Below, piece by piece: positions 26,401 through 39,103 of a stretch of DNA of 64,000 nucleotides. The position numbers were made by a program, and so were the translations under genes. This DNA is from Isurus oxyrinchus. Taxonomy: Eukaryota. The stretch's first letter is position 1, and every line of letters begins with the position of its first letter. Location: NCBI GenBank assembly GCA_026770705.1, contig JANJGN010000035.1:7564001-7628000 (forward strand), read 5' to 3'. The notes beneath the pieces are model-generated. The model had not been told where the DNA came from. It saw only the letters and a list, made by a program, of their open reading frames with translations, and did not search any database.

Positions 26401-28074
26401 ACTCATCAATGCTGCCCTGTCTCCAGTCGCTTCATATTTAGTTCTGATGCAATGATTTTTTATATGTGGACTGATGCATGTCTGCAGCCAACTGAAATGG
26501 CAATTTTGTCCACTGTCTCAGAGCAGCTTTACCCCACACACTTAGGCGTGAAGAACATTGAAAATGCATACTTATCACGATAATCCCAAGCTTTCAGAAA
26601 GAGCAATGTGGCATACATTGACCTCACAATGGTTGGCTTTCTATTATTAATCCTGATCGTATGTCGTACTGTTTTGGCAGGGAAATGCTGTCTTCTCTAT
26701 GTTTTTACTTCAAATATCTGCATCTGAACGGTAATGAAACAAATATTATCAGGCACCTGGCGAACTGACAATGGCTGCCTTCTAATTCATGTATCAGCGC
26801 CTCCATGCAAAGTGATTTAGCTGCTTGGGTCTTAGTTGCCTTTTCCCACTCTATCCTGAATTATCCCTGAATTATATAGCCAGCAGACATTTCCATTTGC
26901 CTACGGTGCAGCTATTCCACAATTAAGATTCAACAATGTTCGTCAATAGTGTGGTAGGGGGCGGTGGATGTGGTGGTTGTTCTCATGAAGATGACCCAAA
27001 TGCTTATATAAGCCATATACATGAAATCAAGAAATTATTAATTCAGAGCAATTGGGAGAAAGTTAGAGAAGTAATTAAAAATAATCAGTAAAACGATCAA
27101 AGCCACTGATACTTGCTGAGAATGCCAAATGATAACTTGTTTTACTGCTCATAATCAACATTTTGTATTGTGAAAACAAGAGAACGAACATCTGGTCCAA
27201 ACGTCATAGATTCTCTCAAAACGTTTTTTTTTACTTATTAACAAGAAGAAGAACACACTTAAGCTGAAAACATTAAGCTATATACTTAAAACAGCCTTAG
27301 CATAAATTATCATGCCCCCACCTCTGCAATCACTTCCCCAGGCTCCAGCGTCACCCGACTCTCCACCCCCACTCCCAGTCCCCCCCCAAAAAAAACAAAC
27401 ACTTGGTGAGAACACAGAATTAAACTACCTGTTAAACTGGCTGAAAACACCTCCCTCACAGGTTATTAGCCATGAAAATCGTTTAGTATTACTGAAGGCA
27501 AAATGACTAACTTTACAACAAGGTATATCACACGACATCTGAATCTCTTCAACTCTCCAGTTGGCATCGATAAGAGTTTAGACATAAAGCTGTATGAAAA
27601 CCAATATGTGTTTTGGCTTGAACATGGGTGGATGCATGAAATGCACACATTTTGCTCGTCGAGTGCATATGTCAGGCTGCTTCCAAAAACAGTCATACAA
27701 CTCAGCTCATCGTCTTTCATTAAATATGTTTACCCCGACAAGTTAGATTCAAATATACCAAACACGTCTTTGAAGTTAAATTTCCCGGAGTGAAAAAATA
27801 TTTAATGCCACTTCGGGCAAAATAAAATTTACTAAACATCTTTTTTTCACTTTTAAAGAATTTGTATTTTCTAAAATTCCCTTCCAAAATCAAAAAGCTG
27901 TACAATCAATTCACTTCCTGTCGGGTTATGCTCAGTGTTTATAAAACAACGTTTTTTCCAGTAAATCCACTGCACCAGAACCTCTAATGTATAATGCATA
28001 CAACTAACACCTTTACCTGCATTCCTCAAACCAGCTGTCATAACTAACCATCCACTAGTTAGTTAATTATGGGT

Positions 28075-28088
28075 GCACACACGTGCGT

Positions 28089-28124
<36 letters not shown>

Positions 28125-28136
28125 ACACACACACAT
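28075..28136. repeat. (CA)n microsatellite
   Basis: Direct CA run. Confidence 0.97.
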
Positions 28137-28145
28137 AACCCTACT

Positions 28146-28525
28146 TCCAGATTATTACCAGAGTCCCCAAGAAATTAAAAAGTAACGTCCATTTGAACTG
28201 AAATGTCATATTGCAAAAGTATGTTTTTATTTTCACAAACATATTTTGCATCAATTACACATGGCTGGAGAAGGGAATGTCACTGCAAAAATGCTTACCT
28301 CCACAGAACACATCAATCGATGGTGTACCTGCAGGAAGCATGAAAAAAAATGTTTTTTTTTAAGAATAAATTTCATTCTAGTCTATTTGCAATTTTCCAG
28401 CTTGCCAACTGTTTTCAATATAAAATGTTGACAGCACGTCTGCACTGACATTCCCTTGTCCAGCCACATGTATAATTTCTAAATTGAACGTTTGCAGTAG
28501 TACACTACACTGGAGCAATCTGGAT
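28146..28525. mobile_element. MITE-like element with long imperfect inverted repeats
   Basis: 28253-28296 (aattacacatggctggagaagggaatgtcactgcaaaaatgctt) is the near reverse complement of 28432-28478. A weaker outer pairing exists (ccagatt..ccag). Confidence 0.7.
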
Positions 28526-28579
28526 TTTTAATTTCAATTTTTTTCCAGAAAGTTCAAAGATGATGGTTAGCAGATAGAA

Positions 28580-29080
28580 CTGTCCCTGAAGGGTAATTTG
28601 CAACACATAAAATTGAAAAGGCTTCAATTCTCGAAACATAGTATAGTTGCTTAATTATTTCTTCTGATGCACATTCAACTTCTGTGAGAACAACACCACC
28701 CCCCCACCCCCACCCCCCACCCTCCACCACCACCGCCACCACCACAACTGTTTCCTCTTGTCCAAGTTCATTTTCTCGTAACAATTTAGCACAATAATCA
28801 CTGGCATCAACAACCATCTTAACCTATGTTCTATAATCAGTTGCTGCTAGAACAGGTGTAGTAATTAGTACATCTTTCAAGATTTCAGATGCAGTCTGAC
28901 ACGGACATGTCCATTACAACTTCCACTTCTTTTTCTGTAACACAGTCAGAGATGTAGCTACACTGCTGAAAATTGGCATGAACCTCCAATGAAATCCACT
29001 CATTACCAGAAATCTGAAAGCTTCTCGTTCCCTTGTAGGCACTGGTATAAATTGTTGGAGAGTACCAATCTAACAGTGAA
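28580..29080 (-). mobile_element. Gypsy pol fragment (RT-RNase H linker)
   Basis: MPIFSSVATSLTVLQKK..WTCPCQTASEILKDVLITTPVLAATDY..VKMVVDASD. Confidence 0.85.
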
Positions 29081-29099
29081 TCAGCAGATGAAACGAAAT

Positions 29100-30980
29100 G
29101 TTATAAAGAGAAGGAAAGGATAAAACAAACAAACAAAAAAAAAAACCTGGATCCGAATGCACGTAGCATCTGACACAGAACAGATGAATTTAAAGTGTAC
29201 ATAGAAATAACTAATTGTGATCGGATAGCCATTACGGAAACATGTTTTCAAAAGGAGATGGGTTGGGACCTCAATATTGATCAGCATACGGTATTTAGGA
29301 AGCAAAGGAAGCGAAGAAATGGTGGAGATGTGGCTGTACTAATTAAAGATAATATTAGCACAATAGAGAGGGGTGATCGAAGTTCAGGAAAAGAGGATTT
29401 GGCAAAGGTTTTGGAAGAGATGATAAAAGTTAAAGGCAGGAACTTACTTATAGGAAAATTGTCCTTGCCCCCTAACAGGAACGAAATGGTAGGGTTGTGC
29501 ATAAAGGAAGCACTAATATGAGGTTGTCAGAAAAGGCACGCTGGTAATCATGGGAGATTTTAATTTACATATCGAAGATAAAAGTCAGATGAGCAAAGAT
29601 AGTCCAGATGAGGAGCTCATTGTTGTTTTCCTGGATAGTTTAACCGAACTGAAAGTTTTGGAGCCGACAACTGAGCAGGTTTTATTAGGCCTGTTATTGT
29701 GGAAAGAAGTCTGAATATTTAATGATCGCACAGTGAAAGCGCCCCTATGTAGCAGTGACCATAATATGAATTAATTTAATTTGCAGTTTGAGGGAGAAAG
29801 AGGTGGGCCTGAAATTACATTTTAAATATGTAAAAAGTAATACTATGAGGGCATGAAAGCTGTGCTGGTGAAAACAAATTGACAATACAGGTTAACAGAT
29901 AGCTGAATAGAGATGCAGTGTTTGATACTTAAGGGGAGATATCAGAATTCAAAGTGTAGGTGCATTCGACTGAGTAAGAACATATGCAACGGCAGGACAC
30001 AGCATCCGTGATAACTTGAAAGGTTAAATATCGTGCCAAATTTAAGGAAAACGCATACGAGTTTAGAAATATACGTGGAAGACCATAAGATTGGACAGAA
30101 CATAAGGAACAGCAAAGAGTAACAGAGAGACTAATAAAGGAGGGGGATATTGGAATATGGGAGAAAGCTAGGCAGAAAAAAAAGATGGTAAGTAAGAATA
30201 TTGGTAAATATTTTAAAAAGAAACAAGCGATCAAAGTGAGCGTTGGTGCTGTAGAAGGTCAGTTTAGAAAATTGGTCAAAGAAAACAAGGAGGTCGTAGA
30301 TGAATTGAACAGATGTTTTGCATCAGCTTTCACGATAGAAGATATTAGTAACAGTGCAGCTCCAGGTAAAAAAAAAAAACTGTAAACGGAACTGGGGAAG
30401 GCAGCCAGGAAGATTACAGCTAGAAAAGCATTGGAACTGAGCAAATTTTTCGTGCTGCCAACTGTCAAAGACCCGGGTACTGACGGACTTAATCATGCGT
30501 TTTAAAAGAAATGTGTAGCGAGATAGTTGATGCATCGGTTTTATTTTTCCAAAACACATTAGATTGGGGGAAGTTTGCTTTAAATTCGATGATAACAACA
30601 GTTACTCCATTTGTCAAAATGAGCGGGAGGCAGAAAGTAGCATTTTACAGTCCAGTTACCTTCACAAATGTCTTTGGTAACATATCAAAAGTCACTGACA
30701 AATAAGTAATAGTAGGGCTCTTGGATAAGCTCAAGCTAATCAGGCCGGGTCAGCAAGCTGTTGGACTGGGGATCTGTGTTTTTCCAACGTATTGGAATTC
30801 GTTGTGGAAGTAACATGTGCTTTGGATAAAGTGGAACCGATAGATGCAAGTATGTGATAGGTTATTGGCGGTAGTTGGGAAGCAGATACCACTTTACAAT
30901 TAGATCAGCCATGATAATCTTAAATGGCGGAGTGGGCATGAGGCCAAATCTTGCTCATTGATCATATGTTGGTCTGTTAA
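29100..30980 (+). mobile_element. CR1 ORF2 (APE endonuclease to RT start) plus 3' tail fragment
   Basis: IAITETCF...VFRK.R..RNGGDVAVLIK, VIMGDFN, PLCSSDHN and EVVDELNRCFASAFT. Confidence 0.9.
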
Positions 30981-31049
30981 GCCATTAAACACAGCCCAGC
31001 GAATGTATGAGCTTTTAGGACGATGCTGACATAAATGTTGAGAGGACGA

Positions 31050-31570
31050 TAACATTCAAGGTCCCATTAGATATATGGGGGTGCTTAGACTCCAAAGATG
31101 CCAACCTTATGCCTTTCATTAACGAGATGCAGCCTTCATATACAGGAAGGCATTCCATTCATTTTGTTTGTTCTTTGACTGCAAATGACAATATCATTCC
31201 TGTTAGCTCGAAGAATTTTTTTGGCATCCGCAGCGATGAGTACATATTAACGAGTCTTTGAAGCTATAGCTTATCAGTCTCACTGCCCAACGCCACACAA
31301 AGGCTCATACATCATCTGCATGCGTTGATATTGAGCAACAGGGGTTACCGAGTTACAGCGTGGCCACTAACGTCTACTGAGAACTAAATGCCAATTTAGA
31401 AGAGCGTTGTGAAGCCTGTCACTGGCAAGGTGTGCGGCCTTCAATCAGACTTTGGACTTCTGAAGATGCACTGCAGTTTAGCTGGATCGGGTAGATCCCT
31501 TCATTATGCCCCCCACAGGTGCCCAGTATGTCAAGGTGGTACGCAACGTGCTCAGAATCCTACAGAAGAG
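31050..31570 (+). mobile_element. Harbinger/PIF (HARBI1-type) transposase remnant
   Basis: ILSNRGY..TAWPLT...FGLLKMH..L..SGRSLHYAP (cf. LLGDxGY..WLLTP..FGxLKxRFRCL..SGG.L.Y.P). Confidence 0.7.
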
Positions 31571-31999
31571 CAAGAATTACTACAATGAGGATAACTGGGA
31601 GCTTGATGCCCCCTCTGATAGAAGAAATAAAGAACGTAATGACATTGGCATTTTTTGTAGAAAGCCCTTAGGGAACGTCGCAATAGCTCATAGGGTATGT
31701 GCAATTGAGCTACAGGGTGCTCAAATGGAGGCTTGTTTCACTACCACCTTAAAAAAGGAATCCATGCACTTCAATAAATCTTCAGCACATTGCTCTTTAG
31801 CATGTCGTAAATGACCAACACACTAACAGTGAGAACATAAGCTTGCTCTGATCAGATGCTGCAGTTTCGAGCACTGGAAGAGACAATTTAAAAATAATAG
31901 CTTGGTCTTGGATGAGATGCATTCCATGTTCACCTTGTTCTTAAAGTTTAATTTTAAATCAGATATTTAAGAGGAAAGGTATGTAATCCATGGATAAAT

Positions 32000-32350
32000 T
32001 ATACTCGGTGAATTTGACATAGTCTTTAAGGTAATGTAACGTTCTTGATATTAGAAATAAAGGACATTGGCACGTTCCATTTTCAACCTCAATTTAGGAA
32101 TTAGCAAATGAGATCCAGGCCATTCATGATTAAGGAAAAAAAAATCATGCAAATTGTGTTGTACATACATATTTTGCCCACAAAAAAGGTTGATGAAAGC
32201 TAAAATAGTCATTTTAATTGTGAAATAAATGCTTAACTTTTGCCAGCAACGTTATTAATGAGTATACAGCCGTGGTGGCTGGCTGGAGAAATGACATAAT
32301 AAAACCGATTAGCACAAAATTGAGAAGTCCATGTCCGAAGGACAATGACT
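32000..32350 (+). mobile_element. Degenerate CR1 3' end
   Basis: Weak similarity to the CR1 C-terminus (RG.L...FK..., RGH...K). Confidence 0.45.
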
Positions 32351-35300
32351 GGTTAATCACAATTGAAAATGGCTCTTATGTCTTGAATGGTATGCTGCTG
32401 CCTTTCACCTTCTATTGCGCGCCCCACTAAATTTAGAGCAACAGTCCAAGACCCAAGTGAGGAGGAATTCCAAGTGGCTGTCAACTTCTGTTTTGTACAG
32501 GCTAAGGCTTGGATGGCAAGCTAGCTTGATAACCCAAACGCCCATTCAATTCATTGTTCTGCTTTTCACCTTATGGCCTACGCAACGAGAGGGGTGATTA
32601 ACAAGTTTACAAATCGTCAGGAACTGGTGTTGTAACCTCCCTGTACACTTGGCCGCCATTTCAAAAACAGGAGAATAATCCCTCGAAAAACTGACAAATT
32701 GGATTCAGATAAATCAGTATCCGATCATTCCAAAATGCTTAAAATGGAACAGGAGTGCGAACGGAAATTACGTATGAAACCAGGGCTGAAAAATTGCATG
32801 GGGTATGTGTTTTTAATTGTTGGGCAGGGAAGACGCTGGAAGCAGAGATGCAGATCATATCGTGTATTCAGGCTGGTTCTGACCGGCTGCTTGTGTTGTA
32901 CAATACAACAGATTGGCGAGGAACGTGATTAACAGCAGCATATCGAAACAGCAGAGAAAACGTTAGTGAAGAGAGAAGAGAGATTTAACAACAATTAACA
33001 TTGGTATAAGTCAAATATTTCGCTTAACCTGAAAGGGTTTACCCTTCATCTCAGTTTGTGTCATAAAACAAAAAAAAAGATACATGAAGCTCAATAAAAT
33101 GCCCGGTACATTGCAGAAAGGGAGCAACGATTTTAATGCACAGCATCTTTTTGTTTTGAGAAATCGTAGTGTTTTTTTTTAATGATTTTCTTAGTTATCA
33201 GAGAATTATAGGAAACTGGACTCTGCTGGTGAAAATATTCGCTTTGTTTATCATTATTATGTTTCTAATCTTATTACTGAAATTTTGATATCGGTAATTA
33301 TGGAATACACGAACAAACATGGGCAACCTGGTCAGCTCGTTTAATTGCGATGCTATCCAATAGACAATTTTACGCTACAACTTGTGTTGTATAACAAGCG
33401 CACTCACAAAAAAAAATATGCAATCCGTGTTGCAAGTAGTAAAAACTTGGTGAGTTGTTACATATTATACAACCTTTCAGTTAGCTCATGCATATCTTGC
33501 GTTCTTCTCCGGTATACAACCAGTCCAAAATTGATGAGATAAATATTCTCGCAGTGTTCATGAATGCACAATATTCACAACGTCTGATATGAACGAGAAA
33601 CACTGCCAAAAATTCTCAGGATTGCAAAATGTTGTCTCATGTGTTCACTGGAGAACGATTCATTTACGTTCTGCATCACTCTTTGCTATAGTTAAATTTT
33701 GGTGAGATATTATTTAATACGTATTTTACTGTTGGATTGCTCAAAATGCATTTTGTAACTTGCAGGGTTGCACTGTTCAGCAATAATGCGAGAACACCAC
33801 AGACCTCTCCTAAATTTCCTCATGTCGGCATTTCTACTCGGAGCACTATTTGAAATCATTGTGATATTTTGCATTTTAAAGCACAGCAAATGCAATTTTG
33901 ATCCAATTAAACAAAGGACAAACAGCAGAGTTTTCTGCACTAATGACGCAGCATGTACGAACAATGGCACATAATCTGTGTTTAAAGTTGAGGCAAGTAC
34001 ATGTCTCATTTCGAGCAGTTGAACACAGCAGATTGATGAGCAATGATTAACGCAGGTGCAACCGTTTTTTCTTAGCAATTTTCCGTAAACCTGCCAGCAT
34101 GCAAATTCATACATAAGAATCAAGAAAAACTCCTGATTTTGATTTGAAGAGGTGTGAGTTGGGGAGGGGAAGTGGGGGGTGGGCGGGATGTGTACCTGCT
34201 ACATATTTTTAGCGCACCTGCTGAGGTCAATGTGTTCCAGAGGCGGAATAGTAGATGTTTGCTTTTCTTAGAGAGAGTTCTTGACCTTTCCACCTGGAGA
34301 GTGAGTGCAAGCACGCAGAAAAACTGTAATTTTAGAAAGCGACAGCTAAAATTATAGTATACACATTGTCTGCGTCCTGAAGTGCAGAAATGTCTATGCA
34401 TGTATTAACATTTTGCATTCCTTAGTAACTTATCATGCAGGGTTTATTTTCTGCATTGAGAAGATTACTGCGGGGTTGTGAGCCTAATGCAGGATATAGG
34501 CTTGGGAACTAAACATTGTTCACACACCACCCTGTGCAAAAAATGATACTTGATGGTCAGCCGCTGCCAACTGCGGCTTCTGCTCCAACCAGCTAACCAT
34601 TTCCAAGTTATCACAATAAATGTCGTTCCAAATCTCGAAGTTGCGTTAAAAAAAAAAGTTTGTCATTGTTTACATTGCATCAGTAACTAATTTCCCATTG
34701 TACAAGGTCGAAACAATAGGCAAGTTTCCATTTCAATAGTTCGGAGAAAAGTTTGGAGAGCATGCTCGAACATTACGCTCTCCGTGAAATAGGGACATTA
34801 TTTTCCTACGTGATTTTTTTTTTATAAAGAAACTATTTAGTTTTCATATAATTCAGTTGCATTGATTAAAATATCTATTTTTGCCTGCCACCACTTTTAC
34901 CTCTGTTAAGAACAATTGAGACTCTGAAAAACAAAAAGCTGCTTTATTGATAAACCTCGCTCTTTATGCTACTTTAGTTTGGCGTCGACAATCAGTAGTC
35001 TCCGCAAAATCCGCTTGCTGCAGAATTCTCTATCCAGTCTTCATTTATTAAATCTATTGTCTTTATTTTCTTCTCTATGTCCACACCATGTTGTATTGGC
35101 AGTACTGTTTCACAGTGCATGTAAAATTAAGGGTTTAGATGAGCTTCAAAATTTAGATTTAGAAGGCTTATACCATAAGCTCTGCCAAGAGTTCTGTCTA
35201 AGTCGGGCTATTTTTATTCGTCATGAATGCCCTGCTTAACTTAGAAAGATTCACTGAATAAATCCCGTTGTCTCTCCATAAAGTAGCCACAAACTTTAAT

Positions 35301-35579
35301 TCTGCATAAAATTCGGTGAAACGTTTTGGAACAATTTTACCGATAAGAATAATATTATTTTCCGAGTGATGCCAGGGCACGAAAAAAGTCGAAATATCTT
35401 AAATTGTTTTCAATACACACACCCAGTGAAGTGTTAATGTGTTTCCCTGAGTATTATTTCCCGTCAATGCACTGATATCAATCTCAAATGACAAATGTCG
35501 ATCTCAGAATCAGGATTGATGTGCCAATGAGAAGCATATGTATTTAATGCATGCATTATTTTATTCCCTTGGCTTTAAG

Positions 35580-37244
35580 CACAAAAAATATATGCGTGAA
35601 AAGATTAAGGGTCTGGGAGCCCTTGTCAGCGGAGGAAAATAATGCCATAGGGCATGCCTCCTGGCTAAGTGTTACACTACCATAGTGATTTTTGCCTCAC
35701 CGCGTGAGCGGTAAAAAGAAGAATGTGAAGTGAAGGCCCGCAGGAGAATGCGTGCAGAGATACTGAGGAAATACATCAATCAACATAAGGCATTTGTACT
35801 CCATCAACTTTTGCCCAACACCTGTTGCAAAACAAGACAGTCTTGGACAACAGTGATAATTGGCACTGGTGGGATTGGGAAATGCACCCTGATTCAGAAG
35901 ATGATCCTTTATTTTGCCAGTGAGAAAATATACAAACTGTTTTCATTTATTTTTCTTTTTACCTTTTCTTTCTTAAATTTAGCAAATGGCAGAACCACTC
36001 TATCTAAACTCATTATGGATTCCTACCCTCACTTCAGATATCAGTTGGAGCGTCTGTGGCAGGCACCCTCAAAACTATTGTCTGTGTTTGATGATTTAAA
36101 CCGAATTGAGAAAAAAATCGATTTCGTTGATGCCAAGAGCAACATTGATCACCTAAAATGCTGCTTAGATCCAGAGTTCTATTGTGAAGTTTGTGAGATT
36201 GTGTGCTGCCTCAGACAAGGGAACTTGTTGATAGGCTGTTCAGTATTGATCCCAACACAGCCGTATAAAGTGGAGCTACTTGCAAAAGCAAAAATTCATC
36301 AAACGGTCGAGATTGTGGGATTTGAACCTGATCATTTTAAACATATTTTCGCCAATGTTATTGAGATGTGAAATTTGTGAGAGATGTAACCGAATACTTT
36401 GAACAAAATGAGACTTTGTAGACCCTGTGCTGGAACCGTCTGTACTGTTCAGTCCTTAATTCATTTCTAGCGTTACATCTGACACAAGGGTCAGACAGTG
36501 GATCTCTTTTCCTCATGACCAGAACACGGGTCTTCTTTGCCTATGTCACCAGTCATTTAGAGAGATCTGGCTGTGATCGGGTAATCGCTGTCAAACATTT
36601 GTTTCAATTGGGTGAGATGGCCTACAAGGGGATTTGTAGCCAAAATATTATTTTTTCACAGCGAGCAGTTAAATCACCAAGAACCAGGGCTTCAAATGTT
36701 ATCCTGGCTTTTATGTTGGAGATTCGAGACGAAGTTTGTGGCAGCCTTGCACACACATTCACTCATCCAATTTTGCAAGACTTTATCGCTGCACTTATGA
36801 ACTGTCATAGAACAGTAGTAAATGAACTGATCAGACTAATCAGTGAATCAAACATGTACATTGACGACAGATTTAATTGAACAGCTTGACCGCCAAATGG
36901 GCGAAATTAGCACCAAAACAGAATCACGAATATCGGATTGGCACAAGGAAGATGTGAAACCACTCCTTCCAAACATCGAAGCCGGGAAAACCTTAAGTAG
37001 TCTCTTAAAGATGTTCTATTGTTTGTTTGAATGTGGCGACACCGAAATGATGGTGGCCGCTTTAAAATCGTTGAAGACAATAACATTCAGACAGTTTCCT
37101 CCTAAATACTCTAACTGTGTGGTTCTGTCAACTGTGCTGATTTATGTGGAGCGGATGGAAGAGCTAAATTTCGCTTGTTTGTTGTATCGAAGCTTTTGGA
37201 ATCCATCAGCTGGAGCCCTTGCTACCCGAATGCAAAATTCTCAG
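35580..37244 (+). pseudogene. NACHT-HD1-WHD-HD2 exon
   Basis: Walker A GTGGIGKCT; FSFIFLFTF; Walker B LLSVFDDLN; LL.GCSVLIPTQP; EIVGF; LGEMAYKG; HTFTHPILQDFIAAL; YCLFE; ends CIEAFGIHQLEPLLPECKIL at ag|gtacat. In-frame TAA at 35640 and 35712, frameshifts near 36340, 36655/36685 and 37175, and a deletion near 36878. Confidence 0.93.
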
Positions 37245-37989
37245 GTACATCACTAAAATTATTAAATAACATTATAAATAGTAAATATTTAATGTGTTCT
37301 GCTAATAGAGAAAGCTAAATGTCAACACATCTAATATTGATAAAACTGAGAAGCACAATCTGGTTACACTCTGTTGCGTCGAAGGGAAAGGCTACAATAA
37401 GAACATGAAAGTGACTGTGCGGGTTGTACGTGAGTGCCCCATAGTTGTGTGTTTTGTTCTAAAAAGTAGATCAGATTCGATGTTGGCTCCATCATGTTTG
37501 AATCTGTTGCACTTTTCAGAAAACCTATCTAGCTACAGTAATATGTCAGTTATAATACTTTTTATTGCAATGGCAGATCCATATTTAAGATAAAGGAAGA
37601 TGGTTCAAACAAGCTGGTTATCTCAAGAACAAAATATTGCCTTAAGAGTTCCTTAGAATAATTCCCAAAGGAGGCATTTCTTTTTTTGCTTCATCAATGA
37701 CTTCCCTCCATAATACAGATAGAATTAGGGATGTCAGCGGGTGTTTGCGCAGTGTCCACTAACATTGGATTCTTGAATGGTATTGAGGTTATCTGTACAA
37801 CGTAAACTCTTTGGCTGATAAGCGGCAAATAACTCGTGCCACAACAAATGCAAGCAATTATTGGTTCTAAAAATAAATAAACCAACGTTACCCTTAAAAT
37901 ATTGAACTCTTTGCCATCACTGCATTTCAGGCCATCAAAACTTTGATGGTAATTATTCACCATAAGCTTAACTGGAACATATATATAAT

Positions 37990-38540
37990 TATGTTGGACC
38001 AAGTAGATAAACTGGGGCTAGAACATTTTGGCATGCAACACACCATTTGGCTCCCAAACGCCTTTCCACCATCTGCAGGGCTCAATTCAGGAATGTAATG
38101 GAATGTTCTTCAATTGTTCAGATGATGACGTCTCAGACTAAACAGAACGTTCAAACCATCCATTAAAAAAAATCATATTCCAGGCCAAAGAAGGCCTTAT
38201 CATTGTCGCTCCATTGGTCACCTTGAAAAAGTCAGTCCCTCAAACACCAATGGCATAGTGGCAGCAGAGTGCAACAAATAAAAGATGCACTGCAACAGCT
38301 CGCCATGCCTCTTCAAACACTGCCTCCCAAACTCTCGACAGCTGGCAAATCAATAGATGCAAATGTGTGCGAAAAGAATACACTGCAAGTTCGCCCCTAA
38401 GCAACTCATCATTCAAATTCGCACGATAAATTATTCCATTGTTGCCTCTGCGTCAAAATCCTGCTGTTCCATTTAGCATAGGGTGTGCCCCAGCCTGACA
38501 GATATAAAAGTTTGAAGAAAATGTTTTATCACCAACTTTT
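37990..38540 (+). mobile_element. CR1/L2-like LINE 3' fragment in NLR intron
   Basis: ctcccaaacgcctttccaccatctgcagggctcaattcaggaatgtaatggaat matches the reverse of 11310-11360. Confidence 0.7.
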
Positions 38541-39017
38541 GAATCGAAATTACAAATAGGCATGGGAAAAAAACATTATGTTTTTTTTTTCATTCACGCT
38601 CACATTGCACATCTAGTTGGATTTTTTTTTTGTTGATTTCCCATTGTCACAGCCCACGCTTACCAATTTTCTGGGAAATTGCCATGGTAAACTATGATAG
38701 AATGCAGACAAGGAAATTGTAAGTAAATGACATACATTCCGCCCTTCTCCAAATACATCCAACCGTTTTGTAGGTGCGTTCATCCTGACCACGGACATTA
38801 TAACTGCTACAGTGCAAGGTAAGTGCACCCTGAGATCGTCACTGATTTTACCAACTGTTTTGCCAGTCAGAAATATATCTATATACCTTCATTTGAATGA
38901 CAGGTCCAACTTGCACATTAGCTAGACCCAGTATTCCCTGTGAATAGTCAATAGTGAAAATGGTCTTTATGCTGAAATGTGCCCTGTTAATTTTTGATTT
39001 CATGTTTTCGTGCCTAG

Positions 39018-39103
39018 ACTCAATGATGACAAATTAGAGATTCGGGTTTGAAAAGGATCTCAGCAGTTCTGAAGAGAAGTGATTGCAAAATACAAAAGCT
39101 GGA
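39018..39103 (+). pseudogene. RI-like LRR exon
   Basis: cctag|LNDDKL/DSGLKRISAVLKRSDCKIQKL. It is 86 nt (consistent with a 1-nt deletion), and the donor is mutated to TTGAGT. Confidence 0.85.

Larger units (their letters stand above)
15423..27784 (-). pseudogene. IL-17 receptor-like (SEFIR-domain type I membrane receptor) multi-exon pseudogene
   Basis: Exon-like segments with splice signals at 27784-27512, 26723-26572, 19159-19034 (VYIVSVEDDA/NNTKAMGYATTP), 17417-17310 (NSNIT..DFDVSPP), 16609-16474, 16350-16250 (TM-like) and 16049-15423 (SEFIR/TIR-like). Stops, frameshifts and broken splice sites occur throughout. Confidence 0.6.

Noticed and set aside
28554-28817. ORF as a possible IL-17R-like exon
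   Set aside because: It is Gypsy RNase H linker (VDASD) with a CCA/C-rich expansion.
33194-33345. Short open frame with AG/GT boundaries upstream of the NLR
   Set aside because: No recognisable motif; it could easily be chance.
35730-36371. 213-aa ORF as an intact NTPase gene
   Set aside because: It is only a fragment of a NACHT exon, bounded by premature stops and a frameshift.
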